Shown here: positions 43,637 through 52,577 of the stretch, in pieces | How the letters are laid out: each line of letters begins with the position of its first letter | Position numbering within the stretch: the stretch's first letter is position 1 | Assembly: GCA_964438015.1 (NCBI GenBank) | Contig: CAYTIN010000001.1 | Location: 54,074-118,073 of the forward strand | DNA from: an uncultured Gammaproteobacteria bacterium | GTDB lineage: Bacteria > Patescibacteriota > Patescibacteriia > 2-12-FULL-60-25 | Length of the DNA: 64,000 bases | Direction: 5' to 3' | Notes under the pieces: model-generated | Seen by the model: the letters and a program-made list of their open reading frames with translations, nothing else | Told to the model about the DNA's origin: nothing | Database searches by the model: none | Program-made: the position numbers and the translations under genes

Positions 43637-44956
43637 CTACGGTTCCATCCGATTCAACATACGTGGAAACGGAATCGTTTCACGAATGTGGTGAATGCCA
43701 CACAGCCAACGCACCGTACGCTCAAGGCCAAGGCCGAATCCACTATGGGTAACTGTCCCGTATCTACGGGTATTTAAATACCACTCATATTGCTGCAACG
43801 GGTAGTTACGAGCAATAATTTCTTGCTTCAACTTATCATGATCTTCTTCACGTTGGCTGCCGCCAATAATCTCACGACCTTCCTCGGGCGCAATCAAGTC
43901 CGCACAACGAGCGCGAAGAACGCCTCGTTCATCCGTAAACCGTTTCATGTAAAACGATTTTATCTCTGCAGGATAATCTTCAATAAAAACAGGGAGCTGA
44001 TATTTATTCCCAAGCGCGATCTCCTCTTCCGTGGACATGTCATCAAGCCAATACGCATCATCATAGACCTCCTTCTGAATCAATCCCTCCTCTTTGAGGA
44101 TGCGTTTTGCTTCGTAATGTTTAAGATGCACAAATGGTTCATGAACCAAACGCTGAAGAAGCGTCGTGTCACGTTCTAAAATCTGTAACTCAGCTTGACA
44201 CTGTTCCAGAACATCTTTCACGATCCGTTTCACCAACCGCTCCTCAACCTCCATGTTCATGGCTTGGTCATGGTAGGCCATTTCGGCATCCACCATCCAA
44301 AGCTCAGAAAGATGATGACGCGTCTTGCTTTTTTCTGCGCGAAACACTGGACCAAAGTCGTATACTTTCCCAAACCCCATGATCCCCGCTTCACTGTAGA
44401 GCTGTCCCGACTGAGAAAGGTAGCCGGGAGTATCATAATAATTCACGGTAAATAATTGCGTTGTATCTTCACAGCTCGTTGGCTGAATAATGGGCGTGTC
44501 AAATCGTATAAACCCTTCTTCGTGAAAAAACTGTTCGATCGAAAAAAACACCCGATCACGTATCCGCAACACCGCCCAAGGCGTCTTGGAACGTAAATAT
44601 AAATCCCGGTTATCAAATAAGAAATCGGGTCCATGCTCTTTCTTTCCAATCGGATACTCCTCCGCACGATGCACTAGCTTGACGTTAGTTGCTTGCAATT
44701 CAAACACACCCTCTTGTTTTGGATGTTTAACGACCGTTCCTTCGACAATGCAAGAAGACTCGATCGTAACTTGCGTAGCCGCATTCCAAGTCGCTTCATC
44801 AACGCCTGACTTAGCTACGACAGCCTGCGTAAATCCGGAACCATCACGCATCTGCAAAAAAGCGATCGATCCACTCGAACGGACATTGTAGGCCCAACCC
44901 TGAATGGTAACCACCTGTCCAACCAAACGGGAAAAATCTTTGATAGAAGCCATCAT
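43637..44956 (-). CDS. asnS: asparagine--tRNA ligase
   Basis: OB-fold N-terminus (VTIQGWAYNVRSSGSIAFLQMRDGSG), class II motifs (FRAEKS..., GFGLGLER), 439 aa. Confidence 0.9.
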   Translation of the reverse strand: MMASIKDFSRLVGQVVTIQGWAYNVRSSGSIAFLQMRDGSGFTQAVVAKSGVDEATWNAATQVTIESSCIVEGTVVKHPKQEGVFELQATNVKLVHRAEEYPIGKKEHGPDFLFDNRDLYLRSKTPWAVLRIRDRVFFSIEQFFHEEGFIRFDTPIIQPTSCEDTTQLFTVNYYDTPGYLSQSGQLYSEAGIMGFGKVYDFGPVFRAEKSKTRHHLSELWMVDAEMAYHDQAMNMEVEERLVKRIVKDVLEQCQAELQILERDTTLLQRLVHEPFVHLKHYEAKRILKEEGLIQKEVYDDAYWLDDMSTEEEIALGNKYQLPVFIEDYPAEIKSFYMKRFTDERGVLRARCADLIAPEEGREIIGGSQREEDHDKLKQEIIARNYPLQQYEWYLNTRRYGTVTHSGFGLGLERTVRWLCGIHHIRETIPFPRMLNRMEP

Positions 44957-44965
44957 ATGACCTTA

Positions 44966-44994
44966 AAAATAGTCGGTTCGACTCGATACGTCAA
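44966..44994 (-). promoter_or_regulatory. candidate asnS promoter (TTGACG-17-TATTTT) placing the TSS within a few nt of the ATG
   Basis: Read on the minus strand. The -10 element ends 9 nt before ATG 44956. Confidence 0.4.
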
Positions 44995-45002
44995 CCACTT
45001 TA

Positions 45003-45119
45003 AAAAATAAATGCGACCCACCTCTCCTAAGATGGGTCGCTAGACAGTTCCCTTCTTTTCTTCCGTTTACCTCTTCTTTACACCGTAAAAGATTCTCCTT
45101 TCCACTTCTGAGAAGAAGC
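45003..45119 (-). ncRNA. candidate small RNA (promoter-to-terminator unit without an ORF)
   Basis: Bounded by a near-consensus promoter (45126-45153) and the terminator GCGACCCA-N12-TGGGTCGC plus T-run (45003-45040). Internal hairpin CTTTCCGCTTCT..AGAAGTGGAAAG. No ATG-initiated ORF. Confidence 0.4.
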
Positions 45120-45125
45120 GGAAAG

Positions 45126-45153
45126 AGTATATCCTTAAAAAGAATCCTGTCAA
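45126..45153 (-). promoter_or_regulatory. sigma70-like promoter TTGACA-16-TATACT
   Basis: The minus strand reads TTGACAGGATTCTTTTTAAGGATATACT. Confidence 0.55.
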
Positions 45154-45406
45154 CAAACGTTAAAACACTCCCACGACATGAACCTCGAGTGACGACTCAC
45201 GACCGCCTCTGGCACCGCCGCCGATGCTTACGGAGATGCCTCCTCGGAGAAAGATGAGAACCGCGAGTCCCCTTCACACGAACCTGGAGCTGTCGACGAA
45301 CAAACTTGACCGTGGTAAAACGCCCCATGATGCAGGCACCTTCTTTGTCAACCCAATGCTCCATTGCCGGGTGACGACGACAGGATGCAAAGATAATCAA
45401 AAATCG

Positions 45407-46189
45407 TCAACTCACTGCCGCTAACATCATTCCCACACTCTCAAACCCATGCGGAGGCACGTGAACCGCCGTCTGCCGTAAAGACGCCATCGCCATAGCT
45501 TGAACAGCTTCAAACAAGGATGGAGGAGCAGTCACTTTTAAACATTCTGGGAGCGGCTGAGAGCTGACAAACAAAAATAAAGGGATGGAACGTTCGGGTA
45601 AGCGCATTCCCTCCTCCGCGCGAAACGTCTCGTAACGGCATAAAGAACAGGTGATGATACCAATTTTTTGTAAGAGAAAGGCCTCTCCTTTTAAAGGCAC
45701 ACGACATTGGTTACAACGATGTACATCTGGGACATGTCCCAGCATGCGTAAAATCTTTAACGCAAACGCAGCAAACAAAAATTGCCCACGCACCGGCGTT
45801 ACCTCTTCTTCCGTGTCAAAAAAAACATCTAAGGCTTCTTGAAGAAGTTCATAGAGATAGAAATCTGGTGCGCCAACATGCGTGAGTCGATCGACAAAAT
45901 CCGCCGCCGCGCCGGCAAGAATCGTCGCCGACAGAGAACGCCGAACGTGATGACGCGGGTGTACCAACCGAGCAACTGCGACCTTGTCGAACGCAGACCC
46001 CTTGGCAATCATCACCTCAACTTCTGATAAGGGTTGTAAGTGACCTAAATGCTTCGCATTCAAAACTCTTGACCCACGAGCCACCGCTGTAAACTTTCCC
46101 AGCATTCGTCCGTAACACGTCAACCACACGTCCTGCTCCCGAAACGGCTCAGCACGTAAAACAATGGCACGATCACGTGTGTAGGACAT
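45407..46189 (-). CDS. recO: DNA repair protein RecO
   Basis: RDRAIVLRAEPFREQDVWLTCY...(OB fold) plus a zinc motif CNQC...CSLC. Confidence 0.85.
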   Translation of the reverse strand: MSYTRDRAIVLRAEPFREQDVWLTCYGRMLGKFTAVARGSRVLNAKHLGHLQPLSEVEVMIAKGSAFDKVAVARLVHPRHHVRRSLSATILAGAAADFVDRLTHVGAPDFYLYELLQEALDVFFDTEEEVTPVRGQFLFAAFALKILRMLGHVPDVHRCNQCRVPLKGEAFLLQKIGIITCSLCRYETFRAEEGMRLPERSIPLFLFVSSQPLPECLKVTAPPSLFEAVQAMAMASLRQTAVHVPPHGFESVGMMLAAVS

Positions 46190-46211
46190 AAGCTACTCCA
46201 CCACTACTCTC

Positions 46212-46625
46212 CTACTCACTACCCCCTATCCCATATCTATCCAAATATCCTTGCAAAATATTAGCGGCTGCAAGCTCATCTCGTTTCCCACGCAATCCAG
46301 CCTCCATCCCCTGCTTTGCCGCAAGCGAGGAAGACCATGTTTCGTTTTCCTCCACCACACTGAGCCCACTGGTACGCACAAGTTCAATAAACTCACGGAT
46401 TCGCTGTGTCTGATCCGTGTCGCGTTGCTGATCAGCCAAAGGATGAGGCAATCCAATTACCAGCAGATCGATAGCTTCTTGCCGGACAATCTCAACAAGC
46501 TCTTGGAGGAGCTGTGAGTCGTCTTTACGGGTCAAGACTTTCCACGGGCCCGCTAAACCCGTTTCCGTATCGCCTAATGCCAACCCAACACGTGTGCCTC
46601 CATAGTCCACCCCGAGCAGGCGCAT
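46212..46625 (-). CDS. ruvX: Holliday junction resolvase-like RuvX/YqgF
   Basis: MRLLGVDYGGTRVGLALGD, 137 aa. Confidence 0.85.
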   Translation of the reverse strand: MRLLGVDYGGTRVGLALGDTETGLAGPWKVLTRKDDSQLLQELVEIVRQEAIDLLVIGLPHPLADQQRDTDQTQRIREFIELVRTSGLSVVEENETWSSSLAAKQGMEAGLRGKRDELAAANILQGYLDRYGIGGSE

Positions 46626-46632
46626 ACCTAAA

Positions 46633-47154
46633 TTATTTCGCAGACTTCATGGCCACCGTTTTATTCTTTTTGGCTGCATCCAAAAATCGCGCTCGAATAC
46701 GAGTAACACTTTTATTGTAGGATTTATTGGCAGCACTTGTCCCAAACGCACCAAACCCACAGTAGGGCTGCTCCATCGCTTCCCACGCCATATCAAGACC
46801 TTGGAGATACGTACGATAAGCATCCGCTAGCGGAGGGAGTACGTCTGTTCCTGAAACGGAATCAAAGGTTAATGCATACGGTTCACCATCCTTCTTAGCT
46901 TGTTCCAAATTTTTCACGTGGACCTTTTGCATGGCGGGTGTATTGCATCGGGAAGTCGCATCGGTGATTTCTATCTTTTCGTCACCATAACGTCGTCGGG
47001 GATTGTAAAGATCGTAAGCAATAGCCTTTTTAGTAACCGTTTTCTTAGCCACCGTCTTCGCCGTCGCTGCTCGAGTGACAGCAGGAACCGTCACCACTAT
47101 ACACGCCAGTACAACCGCAAAAAAAACGCTAAAATAAGATAAATGTTTGCGCAT
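46633..47154 (-). CDS. secreted hypothetical protein
   Basis: Start at ATG 47154 gives the signal-like MRKHLSYFSVFFAVVLACIVVTVPAVTRA. Confidence 0.5.
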   Translation of the reverse strand: MRKHLSYFSVFFAVVLACIVVTVPAVTRAATAKTVAKKTVTKKAIAYDLYNPRRRYGDEKIEITDATSRCNTPAMQKVHVKNLEQAKKDGEPYALTFDSVSGTDVLPPLADAYRTYLQGLDMAWEAMEQPYCGFGAFGTSAANKSYNKSVTRIRARFLDAAKKNKTVAMKSAK

Positions 47155-47228
47155 AGAGGGATGTATGCTAAAGCATACCACCATTTTGGATTTTTGTAAC
47201 GGGGAAGGAGAGAACGTATAGTACCAGC

Positions 47229-47861
47229 ATGAAGCATCCAACATTCAGCTATGAACGCACCTTATGGACACAAGGAACGCTCTGCGTGGCGGGAGTTGAT
47301 GAAGTAGGATGCGGAGCCTGGGCAGGTCCCGTCTATGCAGCCGCTGTCATACTCATTCCCGGCAAGCGATTACCCCAGATAAACGACTCAAAACAACTTT
47401 CCCCCGTGCTGAGAACAAGACTCGCGAAAATAATTAAAGAGAAAAGCCTTGCCTGGTCGATCGGGACGGCATCCGTCGAAGAAATTGCTGCTTTAAACAT
47501 CCGTCAAGCGGCTGCTATGGCCACGCAACGAGCGATCGTGGGATTGAAGACCGTCCCTGAATGGATTTTAAGCGACGCCTTTCCGATCGCAGGCCCCATC
47601 CCCTGCACACCCATCATCCACGGGGACACGCTCTGTAAATCAATCGCTGCCGCCTCCATCATTGCAAAAGTAGCCCGCGATACGCACATGAAAGAATTAG
47701 ATGGAATAATCACAGGCTATGCATTCGCAGAGCACAAAGGCTATGGGACAAAGGGGCATCAAGAAGCACTACAACGGCTGGGACCTTCTCCTATACATCG
47801 TATGACGTACGAACCGATCAAGAAGCTCTTAAACACAAAAAACCGAGACATTATCACATGA
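47229..47861 (+). CDS. rnhB: ribonuclease HII
   Basis: GVDEVGCGAWAGPVYAAAV...NDSKQLS...KGYGT. Confidence 0.85.
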   Translation: MKHPTFSYERTLWTQGTLCVAGVDEVGCGAWAGPVYAAAVILIPGKRLPQINDSKQLSPVLRTRLAKIIKEKSLAWSIGTASVEEIAALNIRQAAAMATQRAIVGLKTVPEWILSDAFPIAGPIPCTPIIHGDTLCKSIAAASIIAKVARDTHMKELDGIITGYAFAEHKGYGTKGHQEALQRLGPSPIHRMTYEPIKKLLNTKNRDIIT

Positions 47862-47895
47862 CAACGACTCGGCTGTTTTGTCTGTACCCTTCTTT

Positions 47896-49497
47896 ATGCA
47901 AACACGTTGGAAACGGTATCTAGTTACTTTGGGAATAGGAGTACTGGCTGGTTTGGTTCTGGGATATGAGCAGATAAATAAAGTAAATCTTGCGTCGCAA
48001 AATATAAATATAATCGATGAAAACGTACATTTGTTCTCCAACTCCACTGCGCTAGGCTTAGGGAATAAGATCATCCAAGTCCCACCAGCCGATCTCCTTG
48101 AACCAGCTTGGAAAGTTCGACAAACCTGGGATGTCCCAAGCTCAACACGGATCTTAATTGCTCCCCATCACCTCGTCGCCGCCAAAGAAATCGCCTCGCT
48201 CGTCTCCTCTCTCCCCTTCCAACCCAGTACCATCTTCCTCATTTCGCCGGATCACTTTTCGCAGGGAAAAACGCCATTCACGACTACCAAAACCTCGTTC
48301 GTTTCGTCACAAGCGACAACGGCCGTAAACACAAGGGCAGTAAATAGGCTCTTAGAACAAATATCTGAGGCTTTACTGCAGTCAAATGACCACATCTTTC
48401 CGCGCGAACACGGTGTACACGTTTTACTCCCTTTCATAAACCGCACTTGGCCGTCTGCATCTATTGTCCCCTTAACCATCAAAGATGGAGTAGACAACGG
48501 AGACTTAGAATGGGTAGGCCGCGCCTTAAGCCAAGAACTCAAACAAGATCCACGCGCCATAATTCTTGTGAGCAGTGATTTCTCGCACTATCTCCCAGCA
48601 GAATTCGCTGACTTTCATGATGAAAGAACTATCGCCGCTCTTAAACAATTGGATACCTCCGCTGTTCCTCATCTCGAAACCGACGTTCCCGGCGTCTTAA
48701 CCGTCGGTCTTATGGTGGCTCGAGAACTGGGCCTTGGTAACGTCACCATCCATGCTCATACCAACTCCTTGCGGTTGGCACGCGCGACGATCGATCAACA
48801 ATCAACCAGCCATCTTCTTGTTTCCTTTTCTAAAGGACGAACTCAAGAAACATGGCCGCCCCGCTTTGTAAGCGCGCTCGTCTTTGGACAAACTGCCGCC
48901 ACCAAAGACCATCCCATCGCCCACCTGGCAGGACCGGAAGGCCGCGTCTTCCGTGGCCAAGACGCCATCGTCTTTCCGGATGACCCATCTGAAGGAAGCC
49001 CGCATGGTGTAAACGCAGCTTGGATCAATAATCCTTACAGCTGGTACGACCTTCCTCCCCTGGGAAATATCGGACGGTATCAAGCATTGACCATCGTCTA
49101 TAGCACTTCATCAAAAGTAAATACCTGTCCGGAAGTCATCGATATAAAAGAGGCATGTGGATATATCTGGGACGCCACTCGAGCCGATGTGAGTATGACC
49201 TTTGAACCGCGGATGATTCCTTCTCTGAATCTTCAACCCATCGAATCAGGAGGATTTCGACTCATCGTCCGCAATCCACCTTCGCCAACCATACAACTTG
49301 CGGTTGGAGTAACGACAAATAAAAACCATGACAACCAATCCACGTTACGTGCCTACCTTTATCCCATGCGTGCGTCGCAAAACGGAAGTATGTTTCTTAC
49401 AGGAATGGAGAGGCAAAGGATGCTAGAAAAAATCGCTGATCAGAGTCCGGCAAATCTGCATAGCCAAATTCTAAGAGGCGTCGTAGAATGGATGTAA
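47896..49497 (+). CDS. Memo/AmmeMemoRadiSam-B-like domain protein with a C-terminal extension
   Basis: N-terminal transmembrane helix, then REHGVHVLLPFI and VSSDFSHYLP, which resemble Memo-family motifs. The C-terminal ~200 aa are unassigned. ATG 47896 preferred over the TTG at 47878. Confidence 0.5.
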   Translation: MQTRWKRYLVTLGIGVLAGLVLGYEQINKVNLASQNINIIDENVHLFSNSTALGLGNKIIQVPPADLLEPAWKVRQTWDVPSSTRILIAPHHLVAAKEIASLVSSLPFQPSTIFLISPDHFSQGKTPFTTTKTSFVSSQATTAVNTRAVNRLLEQISEALLQSNDHIFPREHGVHVLLPFINRTWPSASIVPLTIKDGVDNGDLEWVGRALSQELKQDPRAIILVSSDFSHYLPAEFADFHDERTIAALKQLDTSAVPHLETDVPGVLTVGLMVARELGLGNVTIHAHTNSLRLARATIDQQSTSHLLVSFSKGRTQETWPPRFVSALVFGQTAATKDHPIAHLAGPEGRVFRGQDAIVFPDDPSEGSPHGVNAAWINNPYSWYDLPPLGNIGRYQALTIVYSTSSKVNTCPEVIDIKEACGYIWDATRADVSMTFEPRMIPSLNLQPIESGGFRLIVRNPPSPTIQLAVGVTTNKNHDNQSTLRAYLYPMRASQNGSMFLTGMERQRMLEKIADQSPANLHSQILRGVVEWM

Positions 49498-49515
49498 GAT
49501 TTTCTCAACACATCT

Positions 49516-51405
49516 ATGAACGAATCGAATAATCCCCAATCCAATCCTCCTTCAGAAACAAACGCGCTACCCCTCAAATCCTCCGCCGTCCAGCCTTGGC
49601 ACCTAGTCTTAGTCTTGGTCCTCGGCATCGTGTTAGGATGTTTTCTTCCCCGCATCGGAACCGTGCCCGTACCCACCACTCCACCAGCAGCATCAAATCC
49701 TCCAACCCCACCTACACCCCCTAGGCCACCATCTGAACCACTGGTTGAACCTACCCCCGTCACCCCACCATCCACCGCCAAAGAAAACCGCGTTGACGCT
49801 CGGGCACTCTCACTGGAAGTCAATTGGCAACCACGGACGACAGTCTCATTAGAAACGCTTTACAATAGCTTGGGCATCAAAGATACAGATGAAGATGCGG
49901 CATATTTTAAAACACGCATCTCCCAAGAAGAGATTGAGCGCGGTGATGTAGTTGATTTCGATCCCAAAACCCAGCTCTGGAAACTAGGGATTGTGCGCGG
50001 GAGCGAATATGATGGAGCAACCATCTATTTGCTGCGAACGACAGACACCGGCATGGGCTATTACGCCAACTACGAACACTTGTTAGTGGATGAAAGACGA
50101 CATCAGGGACTCCTACTCGGCAAGGAAAGCTATGAGGCCTCTTCTCAAAGTCATTTGCTCGCCGCACCAAATATACGCTTGAACGTCTCACGCCCCCTTC
50201 CCACTCGAGTCACCCTCGAGAATGGTAAGCAGTTAGTGCTCAACGGGGAAACAAATTTTGCGTATGACTTAGGAGAATGCACCAATGAAGGATGTCCAGG
50301 CCAACAAAAGTTTAGCGGAAGTAAAGAAGGTATTAATGTGTTCGCCGGACCTGCAAAACAATTCTTTGCGTCAAATCAAGTTTCCGTTACCTGTCTCAAA
50401 GCCTTCCAAGAAGATGGGCGAGTAGGAATCTATACTTCTATCATTCCTTCGAATACAACCTCCTCTCGTGTTTCCGACACGAGTAGCGCGGTAAAAAGCC
50501 CTTATCTGATCTGGAAGACGGAATTTGCAAACAACAACACCTTTCTTCCCTATACGCTTGGGGGCTGCGGATTTCACGAATGCACAGATATCATGACAGC
50601 AGACCAAATTGGACCCATGTCAGGTTTGGTGGAAGCCGGAAAAACAATAGAAGGTGACCCTATCTATTTCCCAAAGGATCCGAAAAATCATGGGGAAGTA
50701 AGAAAAGCCTACGAATCTTGGATGGATTATGATCAAAATGGTGAAAAACCATCGTTTAATGCTTTCATGCAACAACAAAAAGTGCCAATCTTCTTCTGGA
50801 AAGACGCCTTTGGCCGCTGGATTCGCTACAGCAACGATAAAACACTTCCGCTAGCGGAATGTGGCAAACCTGTTATCTACCTCTACCCAGAGAGAACCAT
50901 GGGCATAAACGTCAAACTCCCCTCTTTCGTCCAAGTCACCGTTAGCGAACCCACCTATCCTCGAACCGGCTGGAATGTAACCGCCGAACCAAACGGATCA
51001 TTAACCATGTCGGATGGCAGTAAAGTCGGCTCACTATTCTGGGAAGGATTAGGAGTGTCTTATCAAATGCCAAATGAAGGGTTCATCGTCAAAGATGGAG
51101 AAGTCGATTCCTTCTTAAAAAAGACTCTAGCAAAGTATGGGTTAAATGAAACCGAGAGCCGCGAGTTTCGAGACTTCTGGGCACCGAAGATGATAGGCGC
51201 TGCCTACTATCGTGTCGCCTTCTTAACAGATGCATGGGACAAAGCAGCACCATTAAACGTTACTCCGCGACCGAAAACTTCGATCCGTCTTTTTATGGAT
51301 TGGCGAAAATTAGCAGAACCGATTTCCATTCCAGAACCTAAGATCATAACACCAACGCGTGACGGGTTTACCTTGGTAGAGTGGGGAGGAACGTTATACA
51401 AATAA
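49516..51405 (+). CDS. membrane-anchored hypothetical protein with a Pro-rich linker (629 aa)
   Basis: Transmembrane helix followed by PTTPPAASNPPTPPTPPRPPSEP and a large extracytoplasmic region. No family recognised. Confidence 0.55.
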   Translation: MNESNNPQSNPPSETNALPLKSSAVQPWHLVLVLVLGIVLGCFLPRIGTVPVPTTPPAASNPPTPPTPPRPPSEPLVEPTPVTPPSTAKENRVDARALSLEVNWQPRTTVSLETLYNSLGIKDTDEDAAYFKTRISQEEIERGDVVDFDPKTQLWKLGIVRGSEYDGATIYLLRTTDTGMGYYANYEHLLVDERRHQGLLLGKESYEASSQSHLLAAPNIRLNVSRPLPTRVTLENGKQLVLNGETNFAYDLGECTNEGCPGQQKFSGSKEGINVFAGPAKQFFASNQVSVTCLKAFQEDGRVGIYTSIIPSNTTSSRVSDTSSAVKSPYLIWKTEFANNNTFLPYTLGGCGFHECTDIMTADQIGPMSGLVEAGKTIEGDPIYFPKDPKNHGEVRKAYESWMDYDQNGEKPSFNAFMQQQKVPIFFWKDAFGRWIRYSNDKTLPLAECGKPVIYLYPERTMGINVKLPSFVQVTVSEPTYPRTGWNVTAEPNGSLTMSDGSKVGSLFWEGLGVSYQMPNEGFIVKDGEVDSFLKKTLAKYGLNETESREFRDFWAPKMIGAAYYRVAFLTDAWDKAAPLNVTPRPKTSIRLFMDWRKLAEPISIPEPKIITPTRDGFTLVEWGGTLYK

Positions 51406-51441
51406 TACAATATAGGAGCGTGGTCTTCCTGCCCTCCGACC

Positions 51442-51471
51442 AAAACACACGGGTTTACCCCGTGTGTTTTT
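51442..51471 (+). terminator. intrinsic terminator
   Basis: AAAACACACGGG-TTTAC-CCCGTGTGTTTT forms a 12-bp perfect stem followed by a T-run. Confidence 0.8.
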
Positions 51472-51496
51472 CGTAGTGGTCGACCCCGTGTCGACC
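51472..51496. repeat. third copy of the 26-bp repeat (one C shorter)
   Basis: CGTAGTGGTCGACCCCGTGTCGACC directly abuts the terminator. Confidence 0.85.
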
Positions 51497-51598
51497 AGTG
51501 TGTTTCTGGTAACTTAGCTCTCTTGTCTATTTTTTTCATTCACGATACAACATACACGGACTAATAGTAGTGTGGTTCGGACAAAGCGAGGAGCATTA

Positions 51599-52222
51599 AT
51601 GACAAACAATCTCACCTTCGCCGATCGGCTGATCGATCGGATGAAAAAGGTGGGCAGTGTTCTCGTGGTGGGACTCGATCCCAACCTCGAGGAGATGCCC
51701 GCAGAACTGGTGCGCACGTATCAGGGAGACGGAAACTCGGACGAATCCGACCGTATGTACAGACTGCTCGTCGATTTCTACCATTCCATCATCAACGCAA
51801 CGACACCCTACGTGGTCGCGTACAAGCCGAACATCGAGCTCTTCGAACGGTACGGACCCGCAGGCGTACGGGCACTCGAGACGGTGATCCGGTACGTAGT
51901 GAGCAGAGAGCTGCTCGTTATCATCAACGCGAAGGTTGATGACTGCGACCCAAGCACCCAAGCTGCAGCCAATACCTTCATCGGCGAAGTGCCGAGCACT
52001 TTCTTCCTGGTTCCATTCGATACACAAGGTGGGGACACGGACGACGCCGTGTCTGCAGCAGACTACAATGGCTTCGGAGTAATCGTGTCCACTCACGCCA
52101 TCTGCAACCAACTCGACCCTGGTGGAGCTGCCAAAACCGCCCGGCAAACGCTCAATAGTGCACTCATGCGCGCAGGCAAAGGTTGCGGCGTCTTCTGGGA
52201 TCTCCCCGACGAATGCTGCTGA
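51599..52222 (+). CDS. type-2 OMP decarboxylase (PyrF)-like protein, divergent and C-terminally short
   Basis: VLVVGLDPNLEEM, VVAYKPNIELFERYGPAG and LVIINAKVDD align by eye to the PyrF type-2 boxes (GxDP, KPxxAFFE, DAKRGD). The first Asp of DAKRGD is Asn. ATG 51599 has a GAGGAG SD upstream. Confidence 0.4.
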   Translation: MTNNLTFADRLIDRMKKVGSVLVVGLDPNLEEMPAELVRTYQGDGNSDESDRMYRLLVDFYHSIINATTPYVVAYKPNIELFERYGPAGVRALETVIRYVVSRELLVIINAKVDDCDPSTQAAANTFIGEVPSTFFLVPFDTQGGDTDDAVSAADYNGFGVIVSTHAICNQLDPGGAAKTARQTLNSALMRAGKGCGVFWDLPDECC

Positions 52223-52440
52223 GCCGTCTACTCAATCAGTCAACATACTTCAAACTCACACCTTTCTCTGCCGGCGTACTCCTACGCCTTCGAGTCTTTC
52301 CCTCTAAGAACATCTTGGAACGAGAGAGTTGAAATAAAAACGGCATAACAAGGGATTCTTCGACAATGAGCATTCTTTTTCATCAGCTGATCTCCGCTCA
52401 GAATGAGGAAGTGTGAAAAAACGAGGACCTCATAAATACA

Positions 52441-52470
52441 AAAACACCAGGCACTTAGCCGGGTGTTTTT
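52441..52470. terminator. bidirectional terminator-like hairpin
   Basis: AAAACACCAGGC-ACTTA-GCCGGGTGTTTTT with one mismatch, A-run on the 5' side and T-run on the 3' side. Confidence 0.55.
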
Positions 52471-52577
52471 GACTGTCTTGCATTCGGGGTCTGCGTTCCC
52501 GTAGCTATACTATAGCACAATCAATGAATCGTGCCAAAGCTCCGTCAAGACTACGCTGTGCATATCGCCACTCAATC

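Noticed and set aside
43436-43752. Mirrored ORFs 43436-43630(-) and 43561-43752(+), both beginning MVDPRVD and containing HGGRPLR.
   Set aside because: The shared peptide is an artefact of translating the two arms of the perfect 26-bp inverted repeat. Both overlap the asnS end or the neighbouring gene.
44957-45153. T-box riboswitch upstream of asnS (and likewise upstream of serS at 53853-54006).
   Set aside because: The leaders are much shorter than typical T-boxes. I could not find the conserved T-box sequence (…AGGGTGGTACCGCG-like), and GGTGG here sits in the 3' arm of the terminator rather than in an antiterminator bulge. Kept only as generic structured-leader candidates.
45197-45400. 67-aa highly basic ORF between recO and asnS (possible small ribosomal protein?).
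   Set aside because: It starts with TTG, and the sequence (…MGRFTTVKFVRRQLQVRVKGTRGSHLSPRRHLRKHRRRCQRRS) does not match any ribosomal protein family I can recall (L28, L32-L36, S21). The basic composition may be a frame artefact. Left uncalled.
43557-51496. The 26-bp repeats as a CRISPR array.
   Set aside because: There are only three copies. Two are in inverted orientation with a 26-nt spacer, and the third is 7.8 kb away. There is no regular repeat-spacer periodicity and no cas genes.
51572-51598. GTG start at 51572 for the PyrF-like ORF, and other track starts that are GTG/TTG (47878, 59868, 61565, 63986).
   Set aside because: The ORF track translates alternative starts as M. Downstream ATGs with better context were preferred (for example GAGGAG before 51599, or signal/transmembrane-consistent N-termini). 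At 63986 the frame is open to the window edge, so the gene is partial rather than GTG-initiated.
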